Positions 35,026 to 44,272 of a stretch of DNA of 64,000 bases are shown here, piece after piece; within the stretch, counting starts at the first letter, position 1; each line of letters opens with the position of its first letter. The notes below the pieces were generated by a model. The model saw nothing but the letters and a program-made list of their open reading frames with translations, did not search any database and was not told where the DNA came from. A program made the translations under genes and the position numbers. The stretch is from Pseudomonadota bacterium (GTDB taxonomy: Bacteria > Bdellovibrionota_B > Oligoflexia > Oligoflexales > CAIYRB01), in the NCBI GenBank assembly GCA_031416315.1, contig JANOTL010000138.1:98131-162130 (forward strand), read 5' to 3'.

Positions 35026-36789
35026 ATGATGAAGTGGTGGGGCTGGGGCGACCAGAAGATCACGTTTCCGATGCACGAGAAGCCCACCCTCTGGCCTTGG
35101 ATCAGCAGCAAGCTGAACATGAAATCCGAGCGCGCCACCCCGCCGGTCGCCCGCAAAGACGTCGCGATGCCCCCGCCGACCGTAAATCATGCGTTCCTCG
35201 CGGCCCTGAAAGAGAAGCTGAAAGCCGACCAGATCACGAGCGACGACGAAGCGCGCTTGCACCACTGCTACGGCAAGAGCTATCCGAACCTCTTCCTCGC
35301 CCGTAAGGGCTACATCCAGCAAGCCCCCGACCTGATCGTCTACCCGCGCTCCCACGACGACGTCGTCGCCGTGATCGAGCTCGCGAACAAGCACGACGTC
35401 TGCGTCATCCCGTTCGGCGGCGGCACCAACATCGTCGGCGGCATCGATCCGCGCGAGGACGGCGACCGCATGATCGTCACCTTGCAGATGACCCAGATGA
35501 GCCGCCTCATCTCCGTCGACAAGATGGCGAACACGGCGACCATCGAAGCGGGCGCCCTCGGCCCGAAGCTCGAGCAGGACCTGCAGGCGCAGGGCTACTC
35601 TCTCGGCCATTATCCCGACTCCTTCGAGTATTCGACCCTCGGCGGCTGGCTCGCCACGCGCTCGGCCGGCATGCAGTCCGACGCCTACGGCAAGATCGAG
35701 GACATGGCCGTCTGCATGAAGATGGTCACGCCCGCCGGCACGATCGTCACGCGTCCGTTCCCGGCCTCTTCCGCCGGCCCGGACCTGAACCGCCTGATGT
35801 GCGGCTCCGAAGGCGTCCTCGGCGTCATCACCGAGGCGACGATGCGCGTGCATCCGACGCCGGCGGTGAAGGACTACCGCGGCTTCCTCTTCAAGAATTT
35901 CGAGAGCGGTGTCGTCGCGATCCGCGAGCTCATCGAGAAGAACCACCTCCCGAGCATGATCCGCCTCCAGGACGAAGGCGAGACCGAGCTGGCCTTCAAC
36001 ATGAAGTCCCCGCCGAAGGGCCTGCAAGCCTTCGTCGCGAAGGGCGTCAAAGGCTACCTCAAGCGTACGGGCTACACGAAGCCCGTGATCATGGTCGTCG
36101 GCTGGGAAGGCCTCGAGGAAAGCCTCGTCCACCGCCGCGAAGAAGGCCTCGCGATCCTGAAGAAGCATGGCGGCTTCGCTTTAGGAAAGTCGGTCGGAAC
36201 CTCGTGGTCCAAAGACAAATTCAACATGCCCTACCTGCGCGACTGGGTCATGGACCGCGCCGTCATGTGCGACGTCTCGGAGACCGCGGCCACCTGGACC
36301 AACGTCCTGCCGCTCCACGCCGCGACCACTGCTGCTGTGAAAGAGAAGTTCAAGCAGGAGCCGAGCGGCGACGGCTACGTCGGCTGCCACATCTCGCACA
36401 CCTACGAGACCGGCTGCTGCCTCTACTTCACGTACGCCGCGGTGCAGCGCCCGGGCCAAGAGCTCGAGCAGTACTACGAATACAAGAAGCTCGTGACCGA
36501 CACCTTCATGCGCACGGGCGGAACGCTGTCGCATCACCATGCGATTGGCTACGAGCACATGCCGTGGATGGAGCAGGAAGTTTCGCCCACCGGCGTCGAG
36601 GCACTGCGCGCTCTGAAGGCGAAGCTCGATCCGAAGGGCATCTTGAACCCGGGCAAGCTCATTCCGCAGAAACTCGAAGTCTCGACCGAAGTGGCGAAGA
36701 TTCCGGCGGACGGCATCGAAGGCTGGGGCGCGCAGAGCTTCCAACCCAAGACGCTGCAGACCGCTACTTACGAAGCCGGAAGTGATTGA
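35026..36789 (+). CDS. FAD-linked alkyldihydroxyacetonephosphate synthase (AGPS)-like oxidase
   Basis: N-terminal KWWGWG motif, PCMH-type FAD-binding domain (VIPFGGGTNIVGG), ~587 aa. Confidence 0.8.
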   Translation: MMKWWGWGDQKITFPMHEKPTLWPWISSKLNMKSERATPPVARKDVAMPPPTVNHAFLAALKEKLKADQITSDDEARLHHCYGKSYPNLFLARKGYIQQAPDLIVYPRSHDDVVAVIELANKHDVCVIPFGGGTNIVGGIDPREDGDRMIVTLQMTQMSRLISVDKMANTATIEAGALGPKLEQDLQAQGYSLGHYPDSFEYSTLGGWLATRSAGMQSDAYGKIEDMAVCMKMVTPAGTIVTRPFPASSAGPDLNRLMCGSEGVLGVITEATMRVHPTPAVKDYRGFLFKNFESGVVAIRELIEKNHLPSMIRLQDEGETELAFNMKSPPKGLQAFVAKGVKGYLKRTGYTKPVIMVVGWEGLEESLVHRREEGLAILKKHGGFALGKSVGTSWSKDKFNMPYLRDWVMDRAVMCDVSETAATWTNVLPLHAATTAAVKEKFKQEPSGDGYVGCHISHTYETGCCLYFTYAAVQRPGQELEQYYEYKKLVTDTFMRTGGTLSHHHAIGYEHMPWMEQEVSPTGVEALRALKAKLDPKGILNPGKLIPQKLEVSTEVAKIPADGIEGWGAQSFQPKTLQTATYEAGSD

Positions 36790-37552
36790 TCACCCGCATG
36801 AGCATCGCTAGCCAGCCGCCTGGCAGGATGCGCACGAGGGTGACGAAGAACTTGTTGATGCCGCCGGGTACGGTCAGGCGCTTGCCCCGCACGAGCCCGG
36901 CGTACGCGACCTCGGCCACGGCCTCGGCGCTTAGGCCCTTCCCCTTCTCGGGCTTGCCGGCGCGGCTTCGGAACTCGGTCTTCGTCGTTCCCGGACAGCA
37001 CACCGAGATGGTGATCCCTTGGCTCGCCGTCTCGTTCGCGAGCGCTTCCGAGAACGAGTACATGAACGCTTTGCACGAGCCGTACACGGCCTGGAACGGC
37101 ACCGGCACGAACGAATACACCGAGGCGACGTTGAGAAACCAGCCGCGGCCCCGCGCCAGCATGCGCGGCAGGTAGAGCTTCGTCAGCCCGAGGAAGCACC
37201 CGATCTGCACGTCGACCATCTCGGCCTCGCGCTCGAGCGACGTGGTCTCGAAGGGGCCGTGGACCGCAAAGCCCGCGTTGTTGACGACGATGTCGATCTC
37301 GAGCCCGAGGCGCTGCGTCGCGGCGTAGAGCTCGACCGCCGCGCTCGTCCGCGTCAGATCTTTCACCATGACGTGCGTCTTCACGCCTTGGAACCGCGCC
37401 GCGATCTCGGTTGCGACTTTGTCGAGCGCCGCTTCGTCGCGCGCGACGAGGACGACGTGCGTCCCGCCTTCCGCCAGACGCAAGGCCAGCGCCCGGCCGA
37501 TGCCGGACGAGGCGCCGGTGACCAGCGCCGTTTTCCCCCGCAGCTCGCTCAT
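36764..37552 (-). CDS. Short-chain dehydrogenase/reductase with C-terminal membrane anchor (candidate acyl/alkyl-DHAP reductase)
   Basis: Start trimmed to MSELRGKTALVTGASSGIG (TGxxxGIG). NNAG and YxxxK motifs. Hydrophobic C-terminal helix. Start overlaps the upstream PlsC-like gene by 4 nt. Confidence 0.8.
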   Translation of the reverse strand: MSELRGKTALVTGASSGIGRALALRLAEGGTHVVLVARDEAALDKVATEIAARFQGVKTHVMVKDLTRTSAAVELYAATQRLGLEIDIVVNNAGFAVHGPFETTSLEREAEMVDVQIGCFLGLTKLYLPRMLARGRGWFLNVASVYSFVPVPFQAVYGSCKAFMYSFSEALANETASQGITISVCCPGTTKTEFRSRAGKPEKGKGLSAEAVAEVAYAGLVRGKRLTVPGGINKFFVTLVRILPGGWLAMLMRVINHFRLRK

Positions 37553-38331
37553 GCGAAGTAGCGGTCTTCGAGCGCTTTGATGGTCGTGCCGACCTTGTCG
37601 ACGATCTCTTGGTAGCTCTCGCGACTCTTGCCGCGGGCGACCAGGTCGAGGGGCTGCATCGAGATGCGGAAGCGCGAGCCGGGCGCCGGGTAATTCGAGA
37701 AGGATTCCTGCTTGTCGCCGCGGACGTAGACGCAAAGCACGCGGCAACGGCCGAGCTGCGTCACGAGCTTTGCGACGCCGTAAGTCAGCTTGTCCGGATC
37801 GAAGCGACCGGTGCGGCTACGCTTGCCTTCGGGAAAGATCGTGACGACCTCGCCCGCGCGCAAGAGGTGCAAGCACAGCGTCAGGACGCTGTCCTTGTGC
37901 TCCTTCGAGCCGTCGCGGTGGATGAACACGCACTTCGAGATCAGCGCGATGAATCGGTACAACAGCTTCTTCTTGAAGAAGTCGCCCGCCGGCAGGTTCC
38001 ACGAGAAGCGGTGGAAATGCGACAGGTACCAGAAGTTCGAGCCGAAGGCCCAAATCAAGAGCACCGAATCGATGAACGTCAGGTGGTTCGAGGCGATCAG
38101 GATCGGCCCAGGCTCGCGCGCCAGCTCTTTGAACTGGCGGCGCAACTCGGCCATATTCTCGATCACGTAGCCGGCTTTAAACTTCATCATGCCTGTGCAT
38201 ACCGCATAGAGCGGAATGTGCAGAACGCGGCACAGCAAATGCTGCCAGCGCGCCTGCGCCAGCAGCCCCTTGGACGGGGCGGCGAGGGCCGCGAGGTCGG
38301 CATTCGGTCGCGTGAGATCGGCTTCGGTCAT
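37549..38331 (-). CDS. PlsC-family glycerolipid acyltransferase (candidate DHAP/G3P acyltransferase)
   Basis: NHLTFIDS (HxxxxD) and FPEGKRS motifs of lysophospholipid acyltransferases. Confidence 0.8.
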   Translation of the reverse strand: MTEADLTRPNADLAALAAPSKGLLAQARWQHLLCRVLHIPLYAVCTGMMKFKAGYVIENMAELRRQFKELAREPGPILIASNHLTFIDSVLLIWAFGSNFWYLSHFHRFSWNLPAGDFFKKKLLYRFIALISKCVFIHRDGSKEHKDSVLTLCLHLLRAGEVVTIFPEGKRSRTGRFDPDKLTYGVAKLVTQLGRCRVLCVYVRGDKQESFSNYPAPGSRFRISMQPLDLVARGKSRESYQEIVDKVGTTIKALEDRYFA

Positions 38332-38373
38332 CCGCAGATTTTAGGGCAGGGCGAACAGGCTTGCCACTGATCT

Positions 38374-39723
38374 TTACAAACTGGGATTCCAAAGGCTTAC
38401 GGGTGCGTGCCAGGTGATCACGAGCTTGGCCCACCGACGCGTGCGGTTGTCACCGATGAAGTTGGCGCTCGCCCCGCCCTCGAACCCGCGCATCATATAG
38501 CCGAGGGTGTCCGCGAAATGCGCGTACTGCGGATAGTCCCATGGGAAGTCACGAGTCTTGGCGCCCCGCACGCTTTCCGGAAGGAGCCGGTCCAGGACGG
38601 CGTGCGCTTCGGTGTCGCTGAGGTCACCTTCTAAGCGCTGCACCACCGCGGCATGCATGACCATGTCCGAGTCGAAGCCGACGAGCCATGCTTCGACGTC
38701 GCCTTCGAGCTGCCGGCGCCGCAAAAACCCGCGTTCCTCGGCCTGCGGCGCGATTTTTCCGTAGCGCATCGCCAGGTGCATCGTGATCTTGCGCTGCGTC
38801 ATCACGTTCGGGTGGTCGTTCATGGCGAGGAGCAAGGGCTCGAGCTCGAGGTTGGCATCGCTTGCCGCCTCTTCTGCGATCGCGAGCTCGCCGCAGGCGA
38901 TGAGGCGCTTGATCTCGTCCGGCGAATCGAACATTTCGTGAGCATAGAAGTCGATGCCATTGGAGACGGGGAGCATGTTCGGCTCTTCGCTCAGCCGCTG
39001 CTCCAGGATCTCGAACATCCAGGCCTTGACGTCGATCGCGCCGCGCTCGGCTAAGTCCTCGAGATTGCCATGATAAAAGGCAGCGAGGAAGGGTCCGGCC
39101 ACTCCCGGCCGGGCGATCTCCATGCCCTTGAGTTGCTGCACCAGCTCGTGCAAGGGCGGGTCGAGATCCGACTCGTCGACGTAGAGCTCGCCGAGACCGC
39201 GGGCAGCGCTCGCGCGCGTCAGCACGCCAGCAGCGTTCAAGCCTTCGAGCAGGGCGACTAGTGCTGTGTCGGCATCACTCGCATTGCCCGTGTGTATGAG
39301 GCGCGCCGCCTCGAGCACCTCGGCCGGCACGGTCGGCCGCTGGGCTTCGATCCAGTTCGCGATCTCGGGGGCGTCCTCGACGTACTTCGAATGATCTTGG
39401 ACGAACTTCAGGAGCAGCGACGCATCGCGCGCGACGGCGCGCGTCAGCAGCGGACCGATCGTCGCGAAGCGCCGTCCGCCTTGCTCGACCCAGAGCGAGA
39501 CCCCGACCCAGTGAAACGCGCTGTCGCGCACGGACTCTTCGTCGCGGTCGAGGAGCGCCGCCATCGCGGGAACGAAGCGGTCCCAGAACGACGTCGCGCC
39601 CGTGCGCAGATTATAGACCTGAAGCACCTGCGTCTCGTCGAGCACCCGGCGTGCTGCGACGTCGTCCCGGGACGCGACCGCGCGCTCCAGGCTCTGCAGA
39701 TAGGCCTCTGCCTCGGGACTCAT
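38374..39723 (-). CDS. Hypothetical protein (alpha-helical)
   Basis: Start trimmed to MSPEAEAYLQSLERAV, which overlaps the upstream small membrane ORF by 4 nt. No motif recognised. Confidence 0.45.
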   Translation of the reverse strand: MSPEAEAYLQSLERAVASRDDVAARRVLDETQVLQVYNLRTGATSFWDRFVPAMAALLDRDEESVRDSAFHWVGVSLWVEQGGRRFATIGPLLTRAVARDASLLLKFVQDHSKYVEDAPEIANWIEAQRPTVPAEVLEAARLIHTGNASDADTALVALLEGLNAAGVLTRASAARGLGELYVDESDLDPPLHELVQQLKGMEIARPGVAGPFLAAFYHGNLEDLAERGAIDVKAWMFEILEQRLSEEPNMLPVSNGIDFYAHEMFDSPDEIKRLIACGELAIAEEAASDANLELEPLLLAMNDHPNVMTQRKITMHLAMRYGKIAPQAEERGFLRRRQLEGDVEAWLVGFDSDMVMHAAVVQRLEGDLSDTEAHAVLDRLLPESVRGAKTRDFPWDYPQYAHFADTLGYMMRGFEGGASANFIGDNRTRRWAKLVITWHAPVSLWNPSL

Positions 39724-40094
39724 TTCCCGGGTCGGCTCTGGTGCGCAGACACCAATATAATCAGTCCCTTGAGCGCATCGAGGAAGAGGTTGTCGAGGCG
39801 TCCGTAGAGGACGCAGAGCGCCGTCCCGATGCCGATCCACCACGCGCCGAGAATGTAGCTCAAGGTCCAGCCCACAGCCTCGTTCTTGAGCACCATGCGG
39901 AGAGCCAGGCCGCAGATGATCGCAACGAAGAGCAGGAGCCAACTCGCCACGTGCCCGAGGAAGAGCGTGTCCGGCGAGGCTTGCACTTTAAAGAGCGAGA
40001 GCGCCAGCTCCGGCATGAAGAAGCCACCGATAGGGAACAGGCATTCGATCACGAACGCGAGGCCGAGGATGCCGATCAGGACTTTCCGCGCCAC
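39720..40094 (-). CDS. Small 4-TM membrane protein
   Basis: 124 aa, four hydrophobic helices. First gene of the minus-strand operon ending with the SDR. Confidence 0.4.
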   Translation of the reverse strand: MARKVLIGILGLAFVIECLFPIGGFFMPELALSLFKVQASPDTLFLGHVASWLLLFVAIICGLALRMVLKNEAVGWTLSYILGAWWIGIGTALCVLYGRLDNLFLDALKGLIILVSAHQSRPGK

Positions 40095-40182
40095 GAGAAC
40101 CTCTAGAGCCTGCCCGTCGGCGGCGAATCCGTGTTAAAGATGGAACTTACGTATCTTCACTGATTCTTAGAGGAAGCTCAAC

Positions 40183-41289
40183 TTGCGACTCTGGCGCGCA
40201 CTCGGCGTCATCATCGGACTCGGGATCGCGCTTTCGGCACAGGCCGCCGAGCCGACCGGAAGGCCGCTCGTCTTCATCCACGGCATCAAGGGGGCCGAGC
40301 TCGTCGACGCGCAAGGCGAGGTCGTGTGGATCGCCGCCGCTCAAGCCCTCGGCTTCTCGACGCCGCAGCTCGCTCTTGAGACGCGCTTCGTCGACGGCAA
40401 GCAGCCGCTCGACGCGGTGAAGCCGCACGGCGTCCTCGCTAAAATTTCAATTATTCCAGGCATCTTCTCCGTCAACGTCTACGGCCCGTTCCTCGAAGCG
40501 GCCCTGGCCTCGGGACGGCCGTTCCATCCTTTCGCGTACGACTGGCGCCGCGACAACAACGAGACGGCGAAAGAGTTCGCGGCCTTCCTCGAAGAGCTCG
40601 TGAAAAAATACGCGCCGCAAAAACCCGTGGTCGTCGCGCACAGCATGGGCGGACTGATCACGCTCGCGGTTGTGAACGAGCGGCCGGAGCTCTTTGATCG
40701 CGTCGTTTTCGCCGGCGTCCCGTTCCGCGGCGGCGTCGGTTTCCTGAGCGACTTGACCGTCGGCGAGGCGGCCGGGTTCAACGACGAGATCCTCAGCCGC
40801 GAAGTGCTCGCCACGTGCCCTTCCGTTTTCACCCTCTTCCCGCTGGTCCACGAGGCGGTCGTCGACGCTGGGCAGAAGCCCGTCGCCGTGGACTTCTACG
40901 ACGCGGAGAGCTGGAAGCGGTTTCGGCTCGGGCCTTATGCCGAAAGGACGCCGCCGGAAACCTACGCCATCTTCTTGCGCGAGACCTTGAGCCGCGGCAA
41001 AGCCTTCCGCCAAAGGCTCGTCCCCAAACCGGGTGCGGTTTTCCCGCCGATCCTAATCGTCACGAGTAAGGCCCACAAGACGCTGGTGAAGGCGCAGATC
41101 GCCGGCCCGAAGAGCGAGAACGGCGTCGACTTCGAGTCCATGCCCAAGGCCGACGGCGATGGGCGCGTCGCTTACGAGACGTCGCTGCCGCCTACCGGCA
41201 TCAACCCGGTTCGCATCATGACGACCGCGAACGATCACTCCGAGCTCTTGAACGATCCGGAAGTGATCGGGAGCGTCCTGAAGTTCTAG
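40183..41289 (+). CDS. Secreted alpha/beta-hydrolase lipase (LCAT/PGAP1-like)
   Basis: Signal peptide. FIHGIKG and AHSMGG nucleophile elbow. Architecture of lecithin:cholesterol acyltransferase-like lipases. Confidence 0.65.
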   Translation: MRLWRALGVIIGLGIALSAQAAEPTGRPLVFIHGIKGAELVDAQGEVVWIAAAQALGFSTPQLALETRFVDGKQPLDAVKPHGVLAKISIIPGIFSVNVYGPFLEAALASGRPFHPFAYDWRRDNNETAKEFAAFLEELVKKYAPQKPVVVAHSMGGLITLAVVNERPELFDRVVFAGVPFRGGVGFLSDLTVGEAAGFNDEILSREVLATCPSVFTLFPLVHEAVVDAGQKPVAVDFYDAESWKRFRLGPYAERTPPETYAIFLRETLSRGKAFRQRLVPKPGAVFPPILIVTSKAHKTLVKAQIAGPKSENGVDFESMPKADGDGRVAYETSLPPTGINPVRIMTTANDHSELLNDPEVIGSVLKF

Positions 41290-41303
41290 GGACTAGGTCG
41301 CGC

Positions 41304-41831
41304 TCACCACGGAAACAAGAGCCCGACGCGGAACGAGTTGTGTGACAAGTCGTGCTCGAGGCGCAGCCCCATGTCGGGCTTGAAGCGCCAGACCGCGCCG
41401 CCCTGCAGGACGAAGCCGCTGCCGTGGCGGTTCCGGCGCGGATTGAAGTATTTTTCGTCGTCTTTGTCGTCGTCGTCGTCGCCGAAGCGCGTGCCGAGCT
41501 CGGCGCCGGCCTCGCCGTACACCGTCCACTCCGGATGCAGGTGGAAGCACCACTGCAGCAAGGGCGCCACGAAGAGGTGACCGCTCTCGGAGACGAGGAC
41601 GCTGCCCTCGATGAACACCGAGTTGTTGATCTGCGGCACGAAGCCCGGATTGGCGATGAGCCAGCCCGCCTTCGCGCCGAGCTCGAACCCGTAGTAGGTC
41701 GAGGCGCCGACCCACGGGGTTACCGTTTGGTCGGGCTCGTTTTGCGCTTTCGGCGTGGCGACGTAGGCGCGTCCGAAAGCGGGGGAGGAAATAAGAGTGG
41801 CCAGCATGACCTGGAGGAACTTGTGCATCAT
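41304..41831 (-). CDS. Small outer-membrane beta-barrel-like protein with poly-Asp loop
   Basis: Signal peptide. Alternating amphipathic strands. DDDDDKDDEK loop. C-terminal aromatic residue. Confidence 0.45.
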   Translation of the reverse strand: MMHKFLQVMLATLISSPAFGRAYVATPKAQNEPDQTVTPWVGASTYYGFELGAKAGWLIANPGFVPQINNSVFIEGSVLVSESGHLFVAPLLQWCFHLHPEWTVYGEAGAELGTRFGDDDDDKDDEKYFNPRRNRHGSGFVLQGGAVWRFKPDMGLRLEHDLSHNSFRVGLLFPW

Positions 41832-41903
41832 GCCGGCCACTCTAGTCGCTGTCGAATGCCTTGAGAACCCCAAACTTGCGTGTCGGGCAATGACCTGCGT
41901 CGC

Positions 41904-43643
41904 TCAGTGCGACAAATGCGCCCCGGTCTGCACCTTCCACAGCCACGCATACTGCGCATTCAGCGAGACCAGATCCTCGTGCGTTCCCGCTTCGACGATC
42001 TTCCCGTGATCGAGCACGTAGATGCGCGACGCCTTGCGGATCGTGCTCAAGCGATGCGCGATCACGAGCATCGTGCGGCCGACGGCGATCCGCTCCAGCG
42101 CCTTTTGGATCAAGCGCTCCGACTCGTTGTCGACGGCCGAGGTTGCTTCGTCGAGGATGATGATCGGCGGATTCTTCAGGATCGCACGCGCGATCGCGAG
42201 CCGCTGCCTTTGCCCGCCGGAGAGGCGCATGCCGCGCTCGCCGACCTTCGTGTCGTAGCCGTCCGTCAGCTTCTCGATGAACTCGTGCGCGTCGGCGTCC
42301 TTCGCCGCCTGGATCACCTCAGCCCGCGTGGCTGCGAACGCGCCGTAAGCCAGGTTCTCGTGGATCGTTCCGTCGAAGAGAAAGAGATCCTGTCCCACGA
42401 AACCGATCGCCCGGCGCAAATCCATCGTGTCCAGCGCGGAGACGTCGTCCCCGTCGAGCCGGATCGTGCCGCCCGTCGGCTCGTAGAACCGCAAGAGGAG
42501 CTTTGCGATCGTGCTCTTGCCCGAGCCCGTCGCGCCGACGAGTGCCGTCGTGGAGCCGGCGGGAAACTTCAGCGTCAAGTGCTCGAACAAAGGCGGTCGC
42601 CCGGCATAGGCGAAGCTCACGTCATGCAGCTCGATCTCGCCCCGCACCTTTGTCGGCTCGATCTTCCGCCCGCCTAGGGGTGCCGTCACTTTCGTCTCGA
42701 TCAGCTCGAGCACGCGCGCCGTCGACGCCAAGGCCCGTTGATAGAGGTCGATCGTCTCGGCCAGCCGCGTGAACGGCCACAGGAACCGCTGCGTCAGAAA
42801 CACCAGCACGCCGTAGCTGCCGACGCCGATCGCGCCGTCGACCGCCATGGACCCGCCGATCACCAGCGTGCCGATGAAACCGGAGAGCACCGCCATCCTG
42901 ATCAGCGGAATGAAGGCCGAGCTGACCTCGATCGCCCGCCCGTTCGCTTGGCAGTACTCCTGGCTCAGCGATTCGATCTTTCCCGCCTCGACGGCCTCCG
43001 CCGTCTGGCTCTTGATCGTCGTGATCCCGGAGAGGTTCGCCGCCAGCTTACCGCCGAGCCGCGCCGCAGCCGCACGGACACCGACGTAAAGGGGCTCCGC
43101 GCGCCGCTGATACTTGCGCGCGCCCCAGATGATGACGGGGATCGGCAGCATCGACCACACCGCGACGGCGGGCGCCAAATAGAAGAAAATCGCGCCGATC
43201 ACGATCGTCGACGTCGCCACCTGGAGCAGCGCGTTGGCGCCGTTGTCGAGGAACCGCTCGAGCTGGTTGACGTCGTCGTTCAAGATCGAGACGAGGCCGC
43301 CGGCCGCGCGCTCCTCGAAGTAAGCGACGTCCAAGCTCTGCACATGCCGATAGGCCTCGAGCCTCAAGTCGTGCTGGACGCGCTGCGCCAGCCGCCGCCA
43401 CTCCAATTGGTACAAGTATTCGAAGATCGACTCCGACACCCAGATGAAGAGCGTCAGCGCCGCTAAGGCGTAAAGCTGCATCTTCACGTCGCCGATACCG
43501 ACCCGCGCGAGGAAGGAGTCCTTCTTCATCACCACGACGTCGACCGCGACGCCGATGAGCACCTCTGGCGCGATGTCGAAGACTTTGTTGGTCACGGAGA
43601 AGAATGTGGCGCGGGCGCACATGCGGCGATAACGCCCGCTCAT
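41904..43643 (-). CDS. ABC exporter, fused permease/ATPase (MsbA-like)
   Basis: Start trimmed to MSGRYRR. Six-TM domain. Walker A GATGSGKST, signature LSGGQRQR, Walker B ILDEATSAVD. Confidence 0.9.
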   Translation of the reverse strand: MSGRYRRMCARATFFSVTNKVFDIAPEVLIGVAVDVVVMKKDSFLARVGIGDVKMQLYALAALTLFIWVSESIFEYLYQLEWRRLAQRVQHDLRLEAYRHVQSLDVAYFEERAAGGLVSILNDDVNQLERFLDNGANALLQVATSTIVIGAIFFYLAPAVAVWSMLPIPVIIWGARKYQRRAEPLYVGVRAAAARLGGKLAANLSGITTIKSQTAEAVEAGKIESLSQEYCQANGRAIEVSSAFIPLIRMAVLSGFIGTLVIGGSMAVDGAIGVGSYGVLVFLTQRFLWPFTRLAETIDLYQRALASTARVLELIETKVTAPLGGRKIEPTKVRGEIELHDVSFAYAGRPPLFEHLTLKFPAGSTTALVGATGSGKSTIAKLLLRFYEPTGGTIRLDGDDVSALDTMDLRRAIGFVGQDLFLFDGTIHENLAYGAFAATRAEVIQAAKDADAHEFIEKLTDGYDTKVGERGMRLSGGQRQRLAIARAILKNPPIIILDEATSAVDNESERLIQKALERIAVGRTMLVIAHRLSTIRKASRIYVLDHGKIVEAGTHEDLVSLNAQYAWLWKVQTGAHLSH

Positions 43644-43684
43644 GCCTAAAAGGCGTCGCAGAGGCGAGGCTCCGGATGCCGGCG

Positions 43685-44155
43685 TCACGGATGCAGGCCG
43701 CTCGCCGCCGTCGTCAAGCTGCCGATCAGGCCGCGAAGCGCCTGATCCGCGGCGTCCAGGCTCGTGGTGACCATCGGGAGCTCGGCGAGATGCGCCTTGA
43801 CCCGCGCGCTGGCCCGCCCCTTGATGTCGCGATGCGCCGTCTCGTCGACGACCACCGCATGGAACATCCAGAACGGCAGCCGCTCGACGTCTTCCAGCGT
43901 CCATGCGATCGCGGGGTGCGCGTCAACCATCTCGGCCGTGTGCGCGACGCGGCTCGCGAACTGGATGTCGCTCGAGATGCAGAGGATCTGCCAGCCGCCC
44001 TTTGCGTGCATCGGTCCGCGCAAGGTCGTGGTCACCGGACGAGGCGCGAGCCCTTGATCCGCGAGCACCTGCTCGACTTTGGCGTCGCGGGTCGCGTTGC
44101 GGTCGCGACGGTCGGCACGGTCGTTGCGGTCGGGACGGTCGAGTCGGTCGTTCAT
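43685..44155 (-). CDS. Hypothetical protein with DR-rich N-terminus
   Basis: Start at M with GAGGA RBS. N-terminus MNDRLDRPDRNDRADRRDRNATRD is encoded by degenerate CGGTCG hexamer repeats. Confidence 0.35.
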   Translation of the reverse strand: MNDRLDRPDRNDRADRRDRNATRDAKVEQVLADQGLAPRPVTTTLRGPMHAKGGWQILCISSDIQFASRVAHTAEMVDAHPAIAWTLEDVERLPFWMFHAVVVDETAHRDIKGRASARVKAHLAELPMVTTSLDAADQALRGLIGSLTTAASGLHP

Positions 44156-44272
44156 CGGCGGGAAGTCCTCGAAATGAGCCGGGTCTTGATATCCGAACCC
44201 ACCCCGCAAGTAAAGCCGCCAGGGTCTAACGTGTCGCATACCTTGAGGAATGCCGAGCGCAGCGTCCGCGGC

